From the NCBI RefSeq assembly GCF_006345805.1, contig NC_043002.1:89714001-89778000 (forward strand): a stretch of DNA of 64,000 bases, written 5' to 3'. The translations under genes were made by a program, and so were the position numbers. The number at the start of each line of letters is the position of its first letter. Position 1 is the stretch's first letter. This DNA comes from Octopus sinensis (taxonomy: Eukaryota). Positions 13,536-27,074 of this stretch are shown piece after piece. The notes below the pieces were generated by a model, which was given only the letters and a program-made list of their open reading frames with translations, did not search any database and had not been told where the DNA came from.

Positions 13536-13713
13536 TAGTGTTTCTCAATCGGGGTTCACATGAACCTTGGGGTTCATATAAGATTTCGTCATTAAAATTT
13601 ATCTGCAATAAATTCGTTACACTTTTTAAAACTACCGAATGGTTGTTGGGGTCCAGCTGAATAAAATAGGAACGAAAGGTGGTCCATTGGTAAGAAATGG
13701 TTGAGAACCACTG
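13536..13713. mobile_element. hAT MITE
   Basis: TIR (C/T)AGTG(G/T)TTCTCAA; perfect 8-bp TSD CTTTAGAT (13528-13535, 13714-13721). Confidence 0.92.
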
Positions 13714-14370
13714 CTTTAGATGGATACTTGTGATTTTTTTCAGGGCCTTATGCTTTTTAGTTTTAAGATTTGTCTAATGCTTTATAGGTATCTAATGGAA
13801 GACTGGGAAGGTAAACTCGTGGTTAACGTGGTTAACGTGCGCATTTTTTTTTTACTTTTGCGTTCCTGTCTTTGTGTAGGTTTTGGTTGCAGATTTTCAG
13901 GAAATGTCAGAAAAGGACATTTGCTTCGTGTTACAGAATAAGAATGTTATTAGCGGTTGTTCATGTGACATAGGATGTGACGAGACTGTCGGTGGTAATG
14001 TTACCAATAAGCGTGTATATTATTTCATTGTCAGTTTCGTGGTTTGTGGTGAATATAAATGTTTGCTAGTTTTCACTTTTCCTCTCCATTGTATCATATG
14101 AGAATCAGTTTATCTTGTATGTTATGAGACCACCTCCATTGTGAAAAGATCAGCATAGTTTGATTTGCGTATAAATTGGAATCGTGGGAAGTCAGTGTTC
14201 AGGTCGTAAGTATGTTTCTGAATTATTTCTCGGTGGATATTGCGAGAGTGATAATAAAACCTCTTAATATCATCATTACACTGTTTTTAAAGAGATTAGT
14301 GTTATAATTTTAGAATATTTAAAATTTTTAATGTCGTCATGTTTATGATGTTTCTACATATATTTGTATC

Positions 14371-14858
<488 letters not shown>

Positions 14859-15062
14859 TGTCTGTATATTTTTTATTGTTAAATGTGTTCAGTGTCGATC
14901 TGTGAAGTTGTGAAGGAAGAGTGGTAACAACTGTGATTCTGTTACTGTTTTATTTCTGTCATTATTATTTTCCCAGAATATTTGTAAATGTTGTTGTCAT
15001 GTTTCTTTTATCTTCCATTTGTTTCGGTCACTGGTCATCCAAAGATGTCTTCTTATACTTTA

Positions 15063-15824
15063 CAGTGATCTCTCGCTACTTCGCGGATTTTAAAAATATA
15101 TGTATATGAACACCTAGAGACATCGACACGTTATTAGACTGCCACTCCCAGCCGCTAACCGACGCAGACCTCGAAGACTTGACGAAGAAACGCAGCAAGA
15201 AACAGAAGTTGTCAACCAAACTGGCTTGACTTTGGAACGGCTGGTCAAGCTCTGCAACCTGGCTAAAGAATTGAAAGAGGGATCACAGGAATGGGATGAT
15301 GATATGGTTCATTCTGTGCAATTTTGCAACAAGGTCGACGAAGTCATGAATCCCTACAAGATGCTCTTTGAACGGAAAAAGAAGCAGCGGCAGCAACTTC
15401 CTATCACAATGTTTTTGCAGCCTCGCAAAAAAGAGCCAGTTCCTGCTGCTACTACTACGGCTGCACCTTCGGAAGAAGTGGAAGATGTGTCCCGGGAAAG
15501 GGCACCGCCGTCAGCTTCATTATCATCATTTCTACTGCGCAGCAAATTCATCACCATCATCATTCAGATTTTACTTCAACTTTTTTCGTGTTGAGTACAG
15601 TAACAATCTTTATTTTTTTAAAATCTAAAGTATTATTGCTTAATAGTTGTTCTTGTTATTAATAGACTACTGTAATGGGTGGGTTATTAACAGTACAGGG
15701 AGAGTTTTAAAATTCCAAATACACGTTAAATAAATACAGTAAATATGGTGTCCCTACTTCGCGGAAATTCAGTTATCGCGGCCGGTCTCGGAACCAATCT
15801 ACCGCGATAAACGAGGGATCACTG
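15063..15824 (+). mobile_element. Internally deleted Tigger/pogo-like element
   Basis: TIR CAGTGATC(C/T)CTCG at both ends, TA TSDs, ORF 15226-15594 resembling a Tigger transposase C-terminus (EWDDDMV..PYKMLFERKKKQRQQLPITMF). Confidence 0.88.
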
Positions 15825-16352
15825 TATGTCTCTTTCGCCGAACCGCTCACGATTAAGCTGTGATCGTGGGACAAAGATACTCATATACAACGGGCTTCTG
15901 CACAGTCTCTGTCCACCAAATTCACTCACGAGTCATTGGTCGGCGCAGAGCTATACTAGAAGACACTTGTCCAACCAAGGTATTGCTCAGTGGGACTGAA
16001 GCTGAAACCGCGTGGTTCCAAAGGGAGCTTCTAAACCGCCATGCTTTGCAGCTATGCTTTACAGATGCATATAAGATTCTTACTGTTATGTGTTTTAGAG
16101 CCGACTTTATGCAGATTTGTTACCACTGTCGTTCTCTAACGGCGTTTATACATGTGAGAAGTATTTCGGTATGTGAAGGACATCTTTCGACCGACATTCT
16201 AGTTATGTCCGTCTTGTATTTTTTCTGGCACATTCGGTGTTATTTTATATTGGATACTTTTTAGACGATAGGATAGTATCTGAAAGTTTGACTACAATTC
16301 TTACAAAACGAGCGACCACATAGAAGCTTCTTCAGTGGACTACGAGTATGCA

Positions 16353-16397
<45 letters not shown>

Positions 16398-16398
16398 A

Positions 16399-16710
16399 CG
16401 AAGGTGCGTGGCTAAGTTGTTAGGCTATTCAACTAACGATCGTAATGTCGCGAGTTTGACTCCTGCCGGCGCGTTGTATCCTTGAGCAAGACACTTTATT
16501 TCACATTAATCCTGTCTACTCAGCTGGTAAAAAAAGAGTAGTGCTTGTATTTTAAAAGCTCAGCCTTATCGCATCCTGTGTCACGCTGAATATCCTTGAG
16601 AACTATGTTAAGGGCAAGCGTGTCTGCGGAGGCTCAGCACGTTAATTCCACGAGCAGTTCCATGATCGTATCAATTGGAACACATGTTGTCGTAACCGAC
16701 GGTGTGCCAG
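16399..16710 (+). mobile_element. SINE-D, diverged
   Basis: tRNA head, (G)TCCTTGAGCAAGACAC CORE-like block, shared GAGAACTA(C/T)GTTAAGGG tail. Confidence 0.85.
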
Positions 16711-16803
16711 AAAGGGAGAAGAAATGTATGTATGTATGTATGTATGTATGTATGTATGTATGTATGTATGTATGTATGTATGTATGTATGTATGTATGTA
16801 TGT

Positions 16804-16883
16804 CAGGTCACTTTCGAGTGCTACTGGTAACATGTAACCCAGTACTACCTGTTGCATGGTCGGGTCGTCGGCGACTAAACCGG
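16804..16883 (+). ncRNA. HDV-like ribozyme remnant (P1 5' strand missing)
   Basis: P2 CAGGT/ACCGG (one mismatch), P3 CAC/GTG, GG, P4 CATGTAAC/GTTGCATG, J4/2 GACTAA. Confidence 0.5.
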
Positions 16884-17345
16884 CAACCCCACCAAGCTCG
16901 CTTGGTGAGGAGGGTGTTTATTGGTCACCCTGCGGGATGAAAAACAAAACCCGTCAAAGGGCGGAGGAACTCTTGAGAGTCAACGGCCATCCAATAAATG
17001 TCTTAAAGCTGTATCATGCGCGGGGACATAGAAATAATCGGATTGAATACCCGATCGCGCAGTTAAACCATTGGGAGTGAAGGACTCCTAGCCTTTGTCA
17101 GGGCATCCTTCTAGGAGAAGGCAACTCAGGTAACTGGGATAACTCCGACATAAAACCTGCGGCTCAGTGGTTACCGATGATGTTAACTTGTTCTTCTTTT
17201 CGGATTATGGCTGCTGTTGCTTAGTGAGTGGGATTGACTCAGTGCACAGCCTTTCCTCACTTAAAAAATATCTTCTTGCACAGGCATTGCACGATAACAA
17301 CATTGATTAAGCTTCGTGCAATGGCCATACACGATAACGAGGGGG
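16804..17345 (+). mobile_element. Isolated RTE-type 5'UTR between two (GTAT)n arrays
   Basis: GGGCATCCTTCTAGGAGAAGGCAACTC resembles the motif typical of RTE 5'UTRs; ribozyme-like 5' end. Confidence 0.6.
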
Positions 17346-17944
17346 CAGCCACCATGTATGTATGTATGTATGTATTATGTATGTATGTATGTATGTATGT
17401 ATGTACGTATGTATGTATGTATGTATGTATGTATGTATGTATGTATGTATGTATGTATGCATGAGCAGATTCCAGCGAAATGCAGACCAGTGATCACACA
17501 TTAGAAGATCAACACGGAAAGACAATTCCGTGGACCCTACAATTCCTCACCTAATTCGTGGAGTCTGTGCACGTATACGTATGTCTTGCGCAGGCTTAGT
17601 GAACTGCCAAACAAGCATTACAGAAAGAACTGTTATAAACTGCAATGATTTCTTAGCACCGTCTGCTAGAAAACATGTGTAACTCGTTCAGGTTCATCTA
17701 AGTACACGAGGGTGTACAGAGAAAATAACTAGAACAATCTGGAGCAACGAAGAGGTCAGAAAATGTATAAAAGTCGAATCTGTAAGTCGCCGGTAGGATT
17801 CAAATGTCATTGTTGTTCTCACGTAATGCTGCGATACACTTTATTTAGTCATCCATGGTCATACTTGTTTAACGAGCCGACAGCCATCATGTATATATGT
17901 ACCTATATATATATATATGTATGTTTCCTTGCTTTTGTTTATTT

Positions 17945-18330
17945 ACTCTTTTACACATTTGCTTGTTTCAGTCATTTGACTGTGGTCATGCTGGAGCACC
18001 GCCTTTAGTCGAGCAAATCGACCCCAGGACTTTTTGCCGAACCGCTAAGTTACGGGGACGTAAACACACCAGCATCGGTGGTCAAGCGATGTTGGGGGAG
18101 GGGACAAACAAGACACACAAACATATACACACACACACATACACATATATATATATACATATATACGACGGGCTTCTTTCAGTTTCCGTCTACCAAATCC
18201 ACTCACAAGAGTTTATTCGACCCGACGCTTTAGTAGAAAACACTTACCCAAGGTGCCACTCAGTGGGACTGAACCCGGAACCATGTGGTTGGTTAGCAAG
18301 CTACTTACCACACAGCCACTCCTACGCCTA
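17945..18330 (-). mobile_element. SINE-B with internal deletion
   Basis: Match to other copies. Confidence 0.85.
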
Positions 18331-18904
18331 TAAAATATTTAAATAATTTTTTGGTGGGGTGGCAGGTGGGGGATCTGCATATATGGGTCAGGGAACACGG
18401 GGTGCCAGCGCACCACCTAAAATATTTTGGGGGTGCAAAATCAAAATTTGTACCCCTATTTACTTTTTTTTCAGGTTTAGCAAATAGTAAAAAAGTGATC
18501 TGTAGGAAGTACCTTGGGGTTAGGTTTCTTCTCAAAGAATAAAGAACAAAAATAAATTTGGACCTGGGTTTGCATCCCACAAGCAAATTCCTTCCCGAGC
18601 CAGAGTCTGCATGTGAAGAAAGAGCCGGTTTCTAGCCTTGAAAAAAAAAGGACACCGCCACTTGAATTTTAGACAATGTCAGAAGAGGCGTCATGTATGC
18701 ATTTATGCATGTGTATGTGTGTGTGTATGCTTGTATATATATATATATACGCATACATATATGTGCGCGCACACGCACGCACACACACACACACACATAC
18801 ACACACACAGGCACACGACGTGCAAAACTTTTGAATATTTTACATATTTCACAGTACCGTTGATTGTTTGTAGTTGTAATCTCTTCATTAGGCATCATCG
18901 TTCT

Positions 18905-19368
18905 GATGTATGTATGTATGTATGCATGTATGTATGTATGCATGTATGTATGTATGTATGTATGTATGTATGTATGTATGTATGTATGTATGTATGTATG
19001 CATGTGTGTATGTATGTATGCATGTGTGTATGTATGTATGTATGTATGTATGTATGTATGTATGTATGTATGTATGCATGTATGTATGTATGTATGTATG
19101 TATGTATGTGTGCATGTATGCATGTATGTATGTATGTATGTATGTATGTATGTATGTATGTATGCATGTGTGTATGTATGTATGCATGTGTGTATGTATG
19201 TATGTATGCATGTATGTATGTATGTATGTATGCATGTATGTATGTATGTATGTATGTATGTATGTATGTATGTATGTGTGCATGTATGCATGTATGTATG
19301 TATGTATGTATGTATGTATGTATGTATGTATGTATGTATGTATGTATGTATGTATGTATGTATGTATG

Positions 19369-19399
<31 letters not shown>

Positions 19400-19690
19400 T
19401 GTGTGTATGTATGTATGTATGTATGTGTGTATGTATGTATGTATGTGTATGTATGTATGTATGCATGTATACATGTAGGTATGTATGTATGTATGTTTGT
19501 ATGCATGTATGTATGTATGTATATATGCATGTATGCATGTATGCATGCATGTATGTATGTATATATGTATGTATGCATGTATGCATATATGCATGCATGT
19601 ATGTATATATGTATGTATGCATGTATGTATGTATGCATGTATGTATGTATGTATGTATGTATGTATGTATGTATGTATGTATGTATGAAT
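18905..19690. repeat. ~790-bp (GTAT)n array with GCAT/GTGT variants
   Basis: Direct reading. Confidence 0.98.
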
Positions 19691-20152
19691 GTATGTATGT
19701 TTGTATCTATGTATATGCATACTTGTTGGTGGGTATATACGTCTATGTGTAACTGTGTATGTGCGTATGTATGCAGGTCTCTGTATGTAACTGTACATGC
19801 ATGTATGTGTGTACAAAAACATATATCTGTGTGTGTGTGTGTGTATGCATGATTTATGCAAATGTGTATACATTATGCTAGTGTGTGTGTGTGTGTGTGT
19901 GTACGTGAGCATATACGTGTGCGTGCAAATGTGTGTCTGGGCATGCATGTATGGGCATGCATGTATGCTACTATTGAAGTTACACCGAAAGACGACTGTT
20001 TCGTATGTTTCCGATAAATAGTTCACTGAAATCAAACCGATGTATTATTTATCAAGTAAAACATATTTATGACAAGTTTTGGTAATAAAATGATAATCGA
20101 TAAAATGTAGATATTCACGAGTGTATATGGCCAAAAGTTGAGTAATATCAGA

Positions 20153-20537
20153 TACTAGCAGTATCACCCGGCGTTGCTCGGGTTTGTAAGGGAAATAACT
20201 ATAAAGCATTTTTAGAGAGTTATAGCCAAAAAATAGCAAAGAAATGGGAAAAAAACGATGGTAAATATTTTTTTAGTTAAAAAGGTCGAGTTGCGTCCCC
20301 TAGACAGTCTGTGGTTTGTGTTTCTGATTCTCGACCCCATGTCGAATTTATCGGTGTTTTTCAGAACTGGGGGAACTTTTAAAAATTTTCGCTGCGTTAG
20401 TTTTGAATTATGACATTGGGCTATGTGTGTGTCAAGTTTCAGCAGAATCGGTTGAAAGCCGTGGTCAGGGTGAGGGTACAACCAAACAGACACACAGAAA
20501 CACACACAGACAAACTGCCGTTTATATATAGAGAGAT
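20153..20537 (+). mobile_element. Non-autonomous Helitron/DINE-like element
   Basis: TACTAGCAGTATC(A/G)CCCGGCGTTGCTCGGG start, ACAGACA microsatellite and TTTATATATAGAG end; 5 copies in the window. Confidence 0.75.
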
Positions 20538-20654
20538 ATATAGGGTGCGGCAAAAAAATTCCCCTTAGATTCACCAGTCTTGCTAAACGTTTGAACAGCT
20601 ACCACACCGTGTACCGTTTCAAACCATGTTGGTAGCTAAAAACAAACAAACATA

Positions 20655-20960
20655 GGCATAGGAGTGGCTGTGTGGTAAGTAGCTTGCAGAAACGTTAGCA
20701 CGCCGAGCTGGCAGAAACGTTAGCACGCCGGGCGAAATGCGTAGCCGTATTTCGTCTGCCGTTACGTTCTGGGTTCAAATTCCGCCGAGGTCGACTTTAC
20801 CTTTAATCCTTTCGGGGTCGATAAATTAAGTACCAGTTACGCACTGGGGTTGATGTAATCGACTTAATACCTATGTCTGTCCTTGTTTGTCCCCTCTGTG
20901 TTTAGCCCCTTGTGGGCAGTAAAGAAATAGGTAAGTAGCTTGCTTACGAACCACATGAGA
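20655..20960 (+). mobile_element. SINE-B head split by a SINE-A insertion (20688-20929)
   Basis: TSD GGTAAGTAGCTTGC at 20674-20687 and 20930-20943. Confidence 0.92.
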
Positions 20961-21599
20961 GAGCTTGAGCTTTGGGATGCAACAGAGAGAGAGAGAGAGA
21001 GAGAGAGCATTGACAAACACTGTAGGAGATGGGCAACAGAGACGACGAGCAGCAGCTAAGAACACAAAGGCAATGAATAATCGGAGGGTGAACGATATTA
21101 GAAGTCTGTAGCCGACAGCCAACTAACAGCACTTTATCTGCTACTACAACTGTACCAAGAACAATAATATTCTGAACTCTCTCGACGTTTCGTCGTTTTT
21201 AGTAACGACAACATTATAAAATTTTGCTTATCAAAAAATCTCAACAGACTCCAATGTTCCTCTCACACTCAACACAATTTCCCCTGACTAATCGCTGCTA
21301 AAATTGGGGTCCTGAAATTGGGGTAACTTGATTCGACACGAACAATTTTTAATATTTAACTTTTGATTCCGCATTGACATGATATTTTGTGTATGAGCCT
21401 CAGTGTTCGTTATCTTCATAATCACAAAATACCTGGCTGTATTCAACTACATAGCACATTGAACAAGTGACTTCTACTTTGAATCGATCTAGAAGTCTCG
21501 GGATTGAATTTGGACAAACAGAATCTGTGTGGAAAGGCTACAAGTGGACTATACTTAAAATTCGAAAAATTAGTGTTTTCATACGACCGTGTCACGCTG

Positions 21600-21972
21600 A
21601 TCTCTCTATATATAAACGGCAGTTTGTCTGTGTGTGTTTCTGTGTGTCTGTTAGGTTGTACCCTCACCTTGACCACGGCTTTCAACCGATTCTGATGAAA
21701 CTTGATACACACATAGCCCAATGTCATAATTCAAAACTAACGCAGCGAAAATTTTGAAAAGTTCCCCCAGTTCTGAAAAAAATCGATAAATTCGACATGG
21801 GGTCGAGAATCAGAAACACAAGCCACAGACTGTCTAGGGGACGCAACTCGACCTTTTTAACTAAAAAAAATTTACCATAATTTTTTTTCCATTTTTTGGC
21901 TATAACTCTCTAAAAATGCTTTATAGTTATTTCCCTTACAAACCCGAGCAACGCCGGGCGATACTGTTAGTT
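21600..21972 (-). mobile_element. Helitron/DINE-like element, inverted relative to the 20153 copy
   Basis: Near-complete reverse complement of 20153-20537. Confidence 0.8.
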
Positions 21973-22057
21973 ATGTATAAAAATTACATTAAGGGTACAA
22001 CACCTGCTGCATACTCAACCACTTGCAGTATAATTCAATGTGTACACATGTAACTTT

Positions 22058-22364
22058 GTTGTTGTTTGTTCCTTCTCGAGCCATGCCTGGCTCGTAAGGG
22101 CCGGTTTTCCGGTTTCTTGGCGTATAGGTTCCCCACCTGGACGGGACGCCAGTCCGTCACAGGTGAGCTGCAAGATGCAGGAGGAAAGAGTGAGAGAAAG
22201 TTGTGGCGAAAGAGTCAGCAGAGGTTCGCCATTACCTTCTACCAGAGCTGCGTAAAGCTTAGGTGTTTCGCTCATAAACACACACCACCCGGTCTGAGAT
22301 TCGAACCCGCGATCCCTCGACCGCGAGTCCGCTGCACTAGGCCACTAGGCCATGTGCCTCCACA
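22058..22364 (-). mobile_element. SINE-E
   Basis: tRNA head GTGGAGGCACATGGCCTAGTGG; TSD ACATGTAACTTT (22046-22057, 22365-22376). Confidence 0.93.
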
Positions 22365-22649
22365 ACATGTAACTTTATCTTTTACTTATTTCAATCACTG
22401 GATTGCAGCCGTGCTGAGACACCACCTTGGAAGGTTTAGTTGAACCAACCGACTCGAGTATATAAGTTCTTTTCTCTTTTTAAATCTTCTTCTCATTCTA
22501 TCGGTCTTTTTGCTGAACCGCTAAGTTACGAGGACGTAAACACAATAATACCCATTATTAAGCGGTGGTGAGAGAAAAATGCAAAGGCGCGCACGCACAC
22601 TCACACACACGTACGCTCGCGCATATACACATACACATATAAAACTATA

Positions 22650-22898
22650 ATATTTAAAAGGATTTATTTTTAAATAATTGTTGTAGATATGCTTCCATAA
22701 TAAATAGCTATGAAATAAATCTTACATTTTATTAATAATTGAAATCTATTACACGTGTGATGACGAACGATATATTTTTCTTCATTTTAAACATTTATTT
22801 AGATTTTACTTGCAGATGAAATGATAGATATTTATTTTATAAATAGCTATGATAGCAACACATCTACAATAGTTATTTAAATAAATCCTTTTAAATAT
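22650..22898. mobile_element. AT-rich foldback/MITE-like element
   Basis: ~40-bp inverted arms (ATATTTAAAAGGATTTATTT..TTGTAGAT) at 22650 and ending 22898. Confidence 0.5.
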
Positions 22899-23393
22899 CA
22901 TATAATATTACTCCATGAATTTTTTACGATGTGAATTGGTTAACGATTAAGTAAAAAAGCTTTTTTGTAATTCATATATTGTTTCAGTACTGAATTTTTT
23001 AAGTTACGCTTAGCATAAGCGTGAGAGCGAAATTTGCTCGGGAGGTGCAAACTCACTTCGAATCAGGATATTCAAAGCGTTTTCATTGCGCCTTTCCGCC
23101 CACCGCCAAAAATTTTTGTTGGAGAGGGTGTATTTAAACACCTTGCATCCGAATCTATGATAGCTAATTGTTTGTGTATTTAAACGCTCTGATACATTTT
23201 CTATTGGAGAATTGAACTATATATAAATATATATGTATATACTACAGGCTTCAACACAGTTTCTGTCTCTCAAATTCATTCACAAGGCATTGTGAGATTG
23301 GACCCAAAACCACGTTGTTGCAAAGCGAACTTCTTAGCCACACAACCATGCTTGTATGCATGTAGATATTCAGCATATTACACCGGTATAATG

Positions 23394-23590
23394 TCGCAAG
23401 CTGGCAGAATCGTTACCACGCCGGGCAAAATGCTTTGCGGCATTTCGTCCGTCTTTACGTTCTGGGTTCAAATTCTGCCAAGGTCGACATTACCTTTCAT
23501 CGTTTCGGGGTCGATAAAACAAACACTCTTTGAGCACTGGAATCAATGTAATCGACTTAACTCCTGTTGGTTTTGTGCCAAAATTTTAAC
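23394..23590 (+). mobile_element. SINE-A, diverged (tail type 3)
   Basis: Head, body and TTGTGCCAAAATTT tail. Confidence 0.8.
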
Positions 23591-23714
23591 TCACTGTATT
23601 ACATCGATAGAGTTATACATTTGAAGTGTATTAATATAGTCTGGTCGGTGTGAACAAATACGAATTAATTTCTCTTGAAATTTTCCTCTTTGTTTTAATT
23701 CTTTGCAATGAAGG

Positions 23715-26060
23715 TCGTTAGACCGATACATCTGACATTTCTTCCTGCCTTTCAGCATCACACAATAACTTATCGCGGTATTTGTGTGCTTTCTTTACAT
23801 GTTCTAATATATTGTTTTCCATCTTGACATGAACAGGTATGCTTGAGTCAATGTATGCCCGATTGGCTTACTATTTACCATTTTATTAGGTAACCACTTT
23901 GGAAAGCATTAGATTTATAATATAATTTAATAACTGTTTTGGAAATTATTCCATTTTCCTTTTTTCTCCTTTAATATCAGCCATTTTTGGCGTGTTTCTT
24001 ATGAAAGCGAGCGGAGTACCCTTATACATACGTGAATTCTTGTGTTGTTTCAGGACGACTGTTTCTGTATACCACATGCCACAAACTTGATTTAAGATGA
24101 AGACGGTTACTTAAATATTTTTACGATCCACGTTTTCTAGTTCTTTCGTAACAAAATCCAGGAAGATGTTGGAAACAGTAGGTAGAAGCACGCGTACTTA
24201 CGTGCCTGAAACCCACGCGTATAGAGCTCAACTCGTCTGGTTACCATCGCCACACTTTGTATAACTACATAATGTCTCTATATTTTCCGCTATTTTTGAG
24301 TCTACAATTATTACTATTATCATCTTCCATAGAACCTTCCTTCCGATCATGTCGAAGGCAGGTTTAACATCAACGGAGTTTAAGTGCATTTGATGTTCCT
24401 TGACTTTTTCAAGTATATGACTGTAAAAATGGCTTCGACTGTAGCTCAAGTAGGTCTAAAACAAAATTGAGTCTCCCCTGTCGTTTCTTTGGTTTATTAT
24501 TCATTCTGTCGAAGGCGGCGAGCTGGCAGGTACGTTAGTACGCCGGGCGAAATGCGTAGCCGTATTTCGTCTGCTGTTACGTTCTGAGTTCAAATTCCGC
24601 CGAGGTCGACTTTGCCTTTCATCCTTTCGGGGTCGATAAATTAAGTACCAGTTACGCACTGGGGTCGATATAATCGACTCAATCCGTCTGTCTGTCCTTG
24701 TTTGTTTCCTCTGTGTTTGCCCCCTTGTGGGTAGTAAAGAAATAGGTATTTCGTCTGCCGCTACGTTCTGAGTTCAAATTCCGCCGAGGTCGACTTTGCC
24801 TTTCATCCTTTCGGGGTCGATAAATTAAATATCAGTTGAGTACTAGGGTCGATGTCATCGACTTTCTCCTCTCCCAAATTTCAGGCCTTGTGTCTATAGA
24901 AGAAAGGATTATTCATTCTGTCAAAGAGGATTCTAATGAAAACTTAATAAGAGAGAAATCATTCAGCAGTTTTCAAATTTTTGCTTGTCGCCCCTTTTTA
25001 TGTGTTGAAATTACAAGCATGCAAGTCACTTCCTTTGGAATCTTTTCTGCTTTCCATATGTTAAATATTACATGAAATATATTAACCATATGCTCTACTG
25101 TTTTTACTAATTCAACAACGAAGGTATTAATATCAATGAGCTTTACGTGTTTTATTCATTTTATTTCTTTTTCTATTTCTTTTATTTTTGAGTAAAAGGG
25201 CGGTGGATCGGCTGAGTCATTACAGCGTTGGACAAAATGCCTTTCAGTATTTGTTTCGGGTCTTAATGCTCTCTGTTCAAAAACCAACGAACTAAACTCG
25301 ATAAAATAACGCACCACTCAGATAAAGGGGTTGGTTTAATTGACCAACCCCACACCCTCAAAATTGATGGTCTTGTGCCTAACATAGAAGCAATTGTTTC
25401 TGAATGAGCATACGTCTCAGATGGACCATCCGGTATTTCTGATATTATTTCTGAATTATATAAGAATTTAGGGTTAAGATGTTGACTATGATGTTTCCAA
25501 CATTAAAGTACCTCGGCTGTATTTGTATGTTATAATCGTTATCTTTGATTTTACTGTAGATTTTTGTTGCTCCATTTTATTGCTCCATTTCACAGACTAA
25601 CTTGAAGAGTTTGTGACCATTTATTATTCTTGAGGTCAGTTTCTAGTTGTCTTATTTTGTTCTCTAGATTTTTGTTCCTTTACATTTTAGCAGCTTTCCT
25701 CAGTTCTCTGCATTGTTTGACCATGACAGTATCACGAGCCGTTCAGCAGTTCTCTTCTGGTCTTTAGTTTTTGTTCACAAACTGTCTCTATTTCTGACGG
25801 TAGGCCTGTAATTTGTCTTCGTGCTTTCAAGCAGACAGTTTCTTCTGTTATTTTGCTGTTATTTTCTTTGACAGATAAATAAATATCATCCATCTTGAGA
25901 TGGAGGTAAGGTGAGAAAATGGCCCCAGTCTGTGTTTCAAACTTTTGAGTAAGTATTTTAGGATAGTTCCATTCACATCACATTATTTTGGTACCGTATT
26001 TTTTTACTTTTGCTTCTTTGTTATTTCAAAGTATGTCATATGATCAGAACCTATCTCTGC
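23715..26060 (-). pseudogene. Decayed RTE-like LINE (linker and RT), interrupted by a SINE-A dimer
   Basis: LENKIRQLETDL..WKH; ILEKVKEHQ..VDVKPAFD..RKVLWKM; MENNILEHVKK. Confidence 0.7.
24512..24907 (+). mobile_element. SINE-A dimer (type-1 tail then type-2 tail)
   Basis: Junction AAAGAAATA|GGTATTTCG at 24744/24745; single TSD ATTATTCATTCTGTC (24496-24510, 24908-24922). Confidence 0.95.
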
Positions 26061-26169
26061 CAAGTGGCATGCTTTCTGTATTAACATCACGCTGCTATAC
26101 CGCACAGTGGTGTAGATCGCCGATTTTTCGAGTTTCCGTTAGTTAGATACATGTTAGCCATTTCCAAGT

Positions 26170-26497
26170 GAGGGCGCGTGGCTTAGTGGTTAGGGCATTC
26201 GGCTCATGATCGTAAGGTTGTGAGTTCGATTCCCGGCGACGCGTTGTGTCCTTGAGCAAGACACTTTATTTCACGTTGCTCCAGTCCACTCAGCTGGCAA
26301 AAATGAGTTGTACTTGTATTTCAAAGGGTCAGCCTTGTCACTCTCTGTGTCACGCTGATTATCCCCGAGAACTACGTTAAGGGTACACGTGTTTGTGGAA
26401 TGCTCAGCCATTTGCACGTTAATTTCATGAGCAAGCTGTTCCGTTGATCGTATCAGCTGGGACCCTCGTCGTCGTAACCGGCGGAGTCTTTTTTTTA
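26170..26497 (+). mobile_element. SINE-D, young, oligo-T tail
   Basis: TSD AGCCATTTCCAAGT (26156-26169, 26498-26511). Confidence 0.95.
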
Positions 26498-27074
26498 AGC
26501 CATTTCCAAGTACTCGTGTTGTTGCTGCTCAGTGCTCCACTGCTCATGTAGATTTTGTCTATCAACGACAAGAATGTATGGAGGTGTGTTCAGGAATCCC
26601 CCTCAGCCCACTTCTTTGTGCCATCAAAAGAGAAGTTGATGACACCACTTCTGGTTAGATTCAGCGAGGAGCCAGATGTTGATCAGTATGGTAACTAAGC
26701 TACAAAGCTGCTACATTTAAAGGCTGTGTTTTATGTGGAACTCTATATCCATGAGCAGCCACATTGTGCAGTTTGCTTGTTCAATGAGTGTGGAGCAAAT
26801 AATTAAATTAAACATTTTTATTAATATACATCGAACCCGCCGAGCTGGGAGTTGCTATTTGCCGAAGTATCCGGGTGTCAGCGGTTTGTCTGGTATTTTT
26901 TGGAGGAAATTTGTCCAAGCGCCGTTTGAATGTTATTGAATCTTTTGGTCTTTTTTCGGTATAATTTTGAATAAAATAGTGTCAGTTGGAGCAAAAATGT
27001 TCTTACGTAGTGTTATGTAATGTGAACACGATTTTTGTAGAAGACGTATGGCACGAAGTAGGGGTAACCTTACT

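Larger units (their letters stand above)
12260..14260 (-). pseudogene. Highly decayed non-LTR RT (I/Jockey-like), interrupted by SINE-B and a hAT MITE
   Basis: Minus frames give IPRIW (~13455) and LISIDISKAFHS (~13190-13225); a degenerate C..ET..H..C knuckle-like stretch near 12340-12420 may or may not be the same element. Confidence 0.55.

Noticed and set aside
16040-16330. Possible Penelope end (CTGAAGA on the minus strand, CQKKY-like frame)
   Set aside because: Ribozyme incomplete and the GIY-YIG match is too degenerate to support
18632-20035. Long ORFs (up to 467 aa) of HTYI/MYVC repeats; similar ORFs at 1123-1439, 45210-45923 and 55809-56166
   Set aside because: Translations of GTAT/CA microsatellites that lack stops; not genes
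23756-23836. 81-nt segment with a good acceptor and donor on the plus strand
   Set aside because: All three frames contain stops, and the minus strand encodes an RTE-like RT fragment
26170-26245. tRNA genes
   Set aside because: All tRNA-like segments are SINE heads lacking a complete cloverleaf
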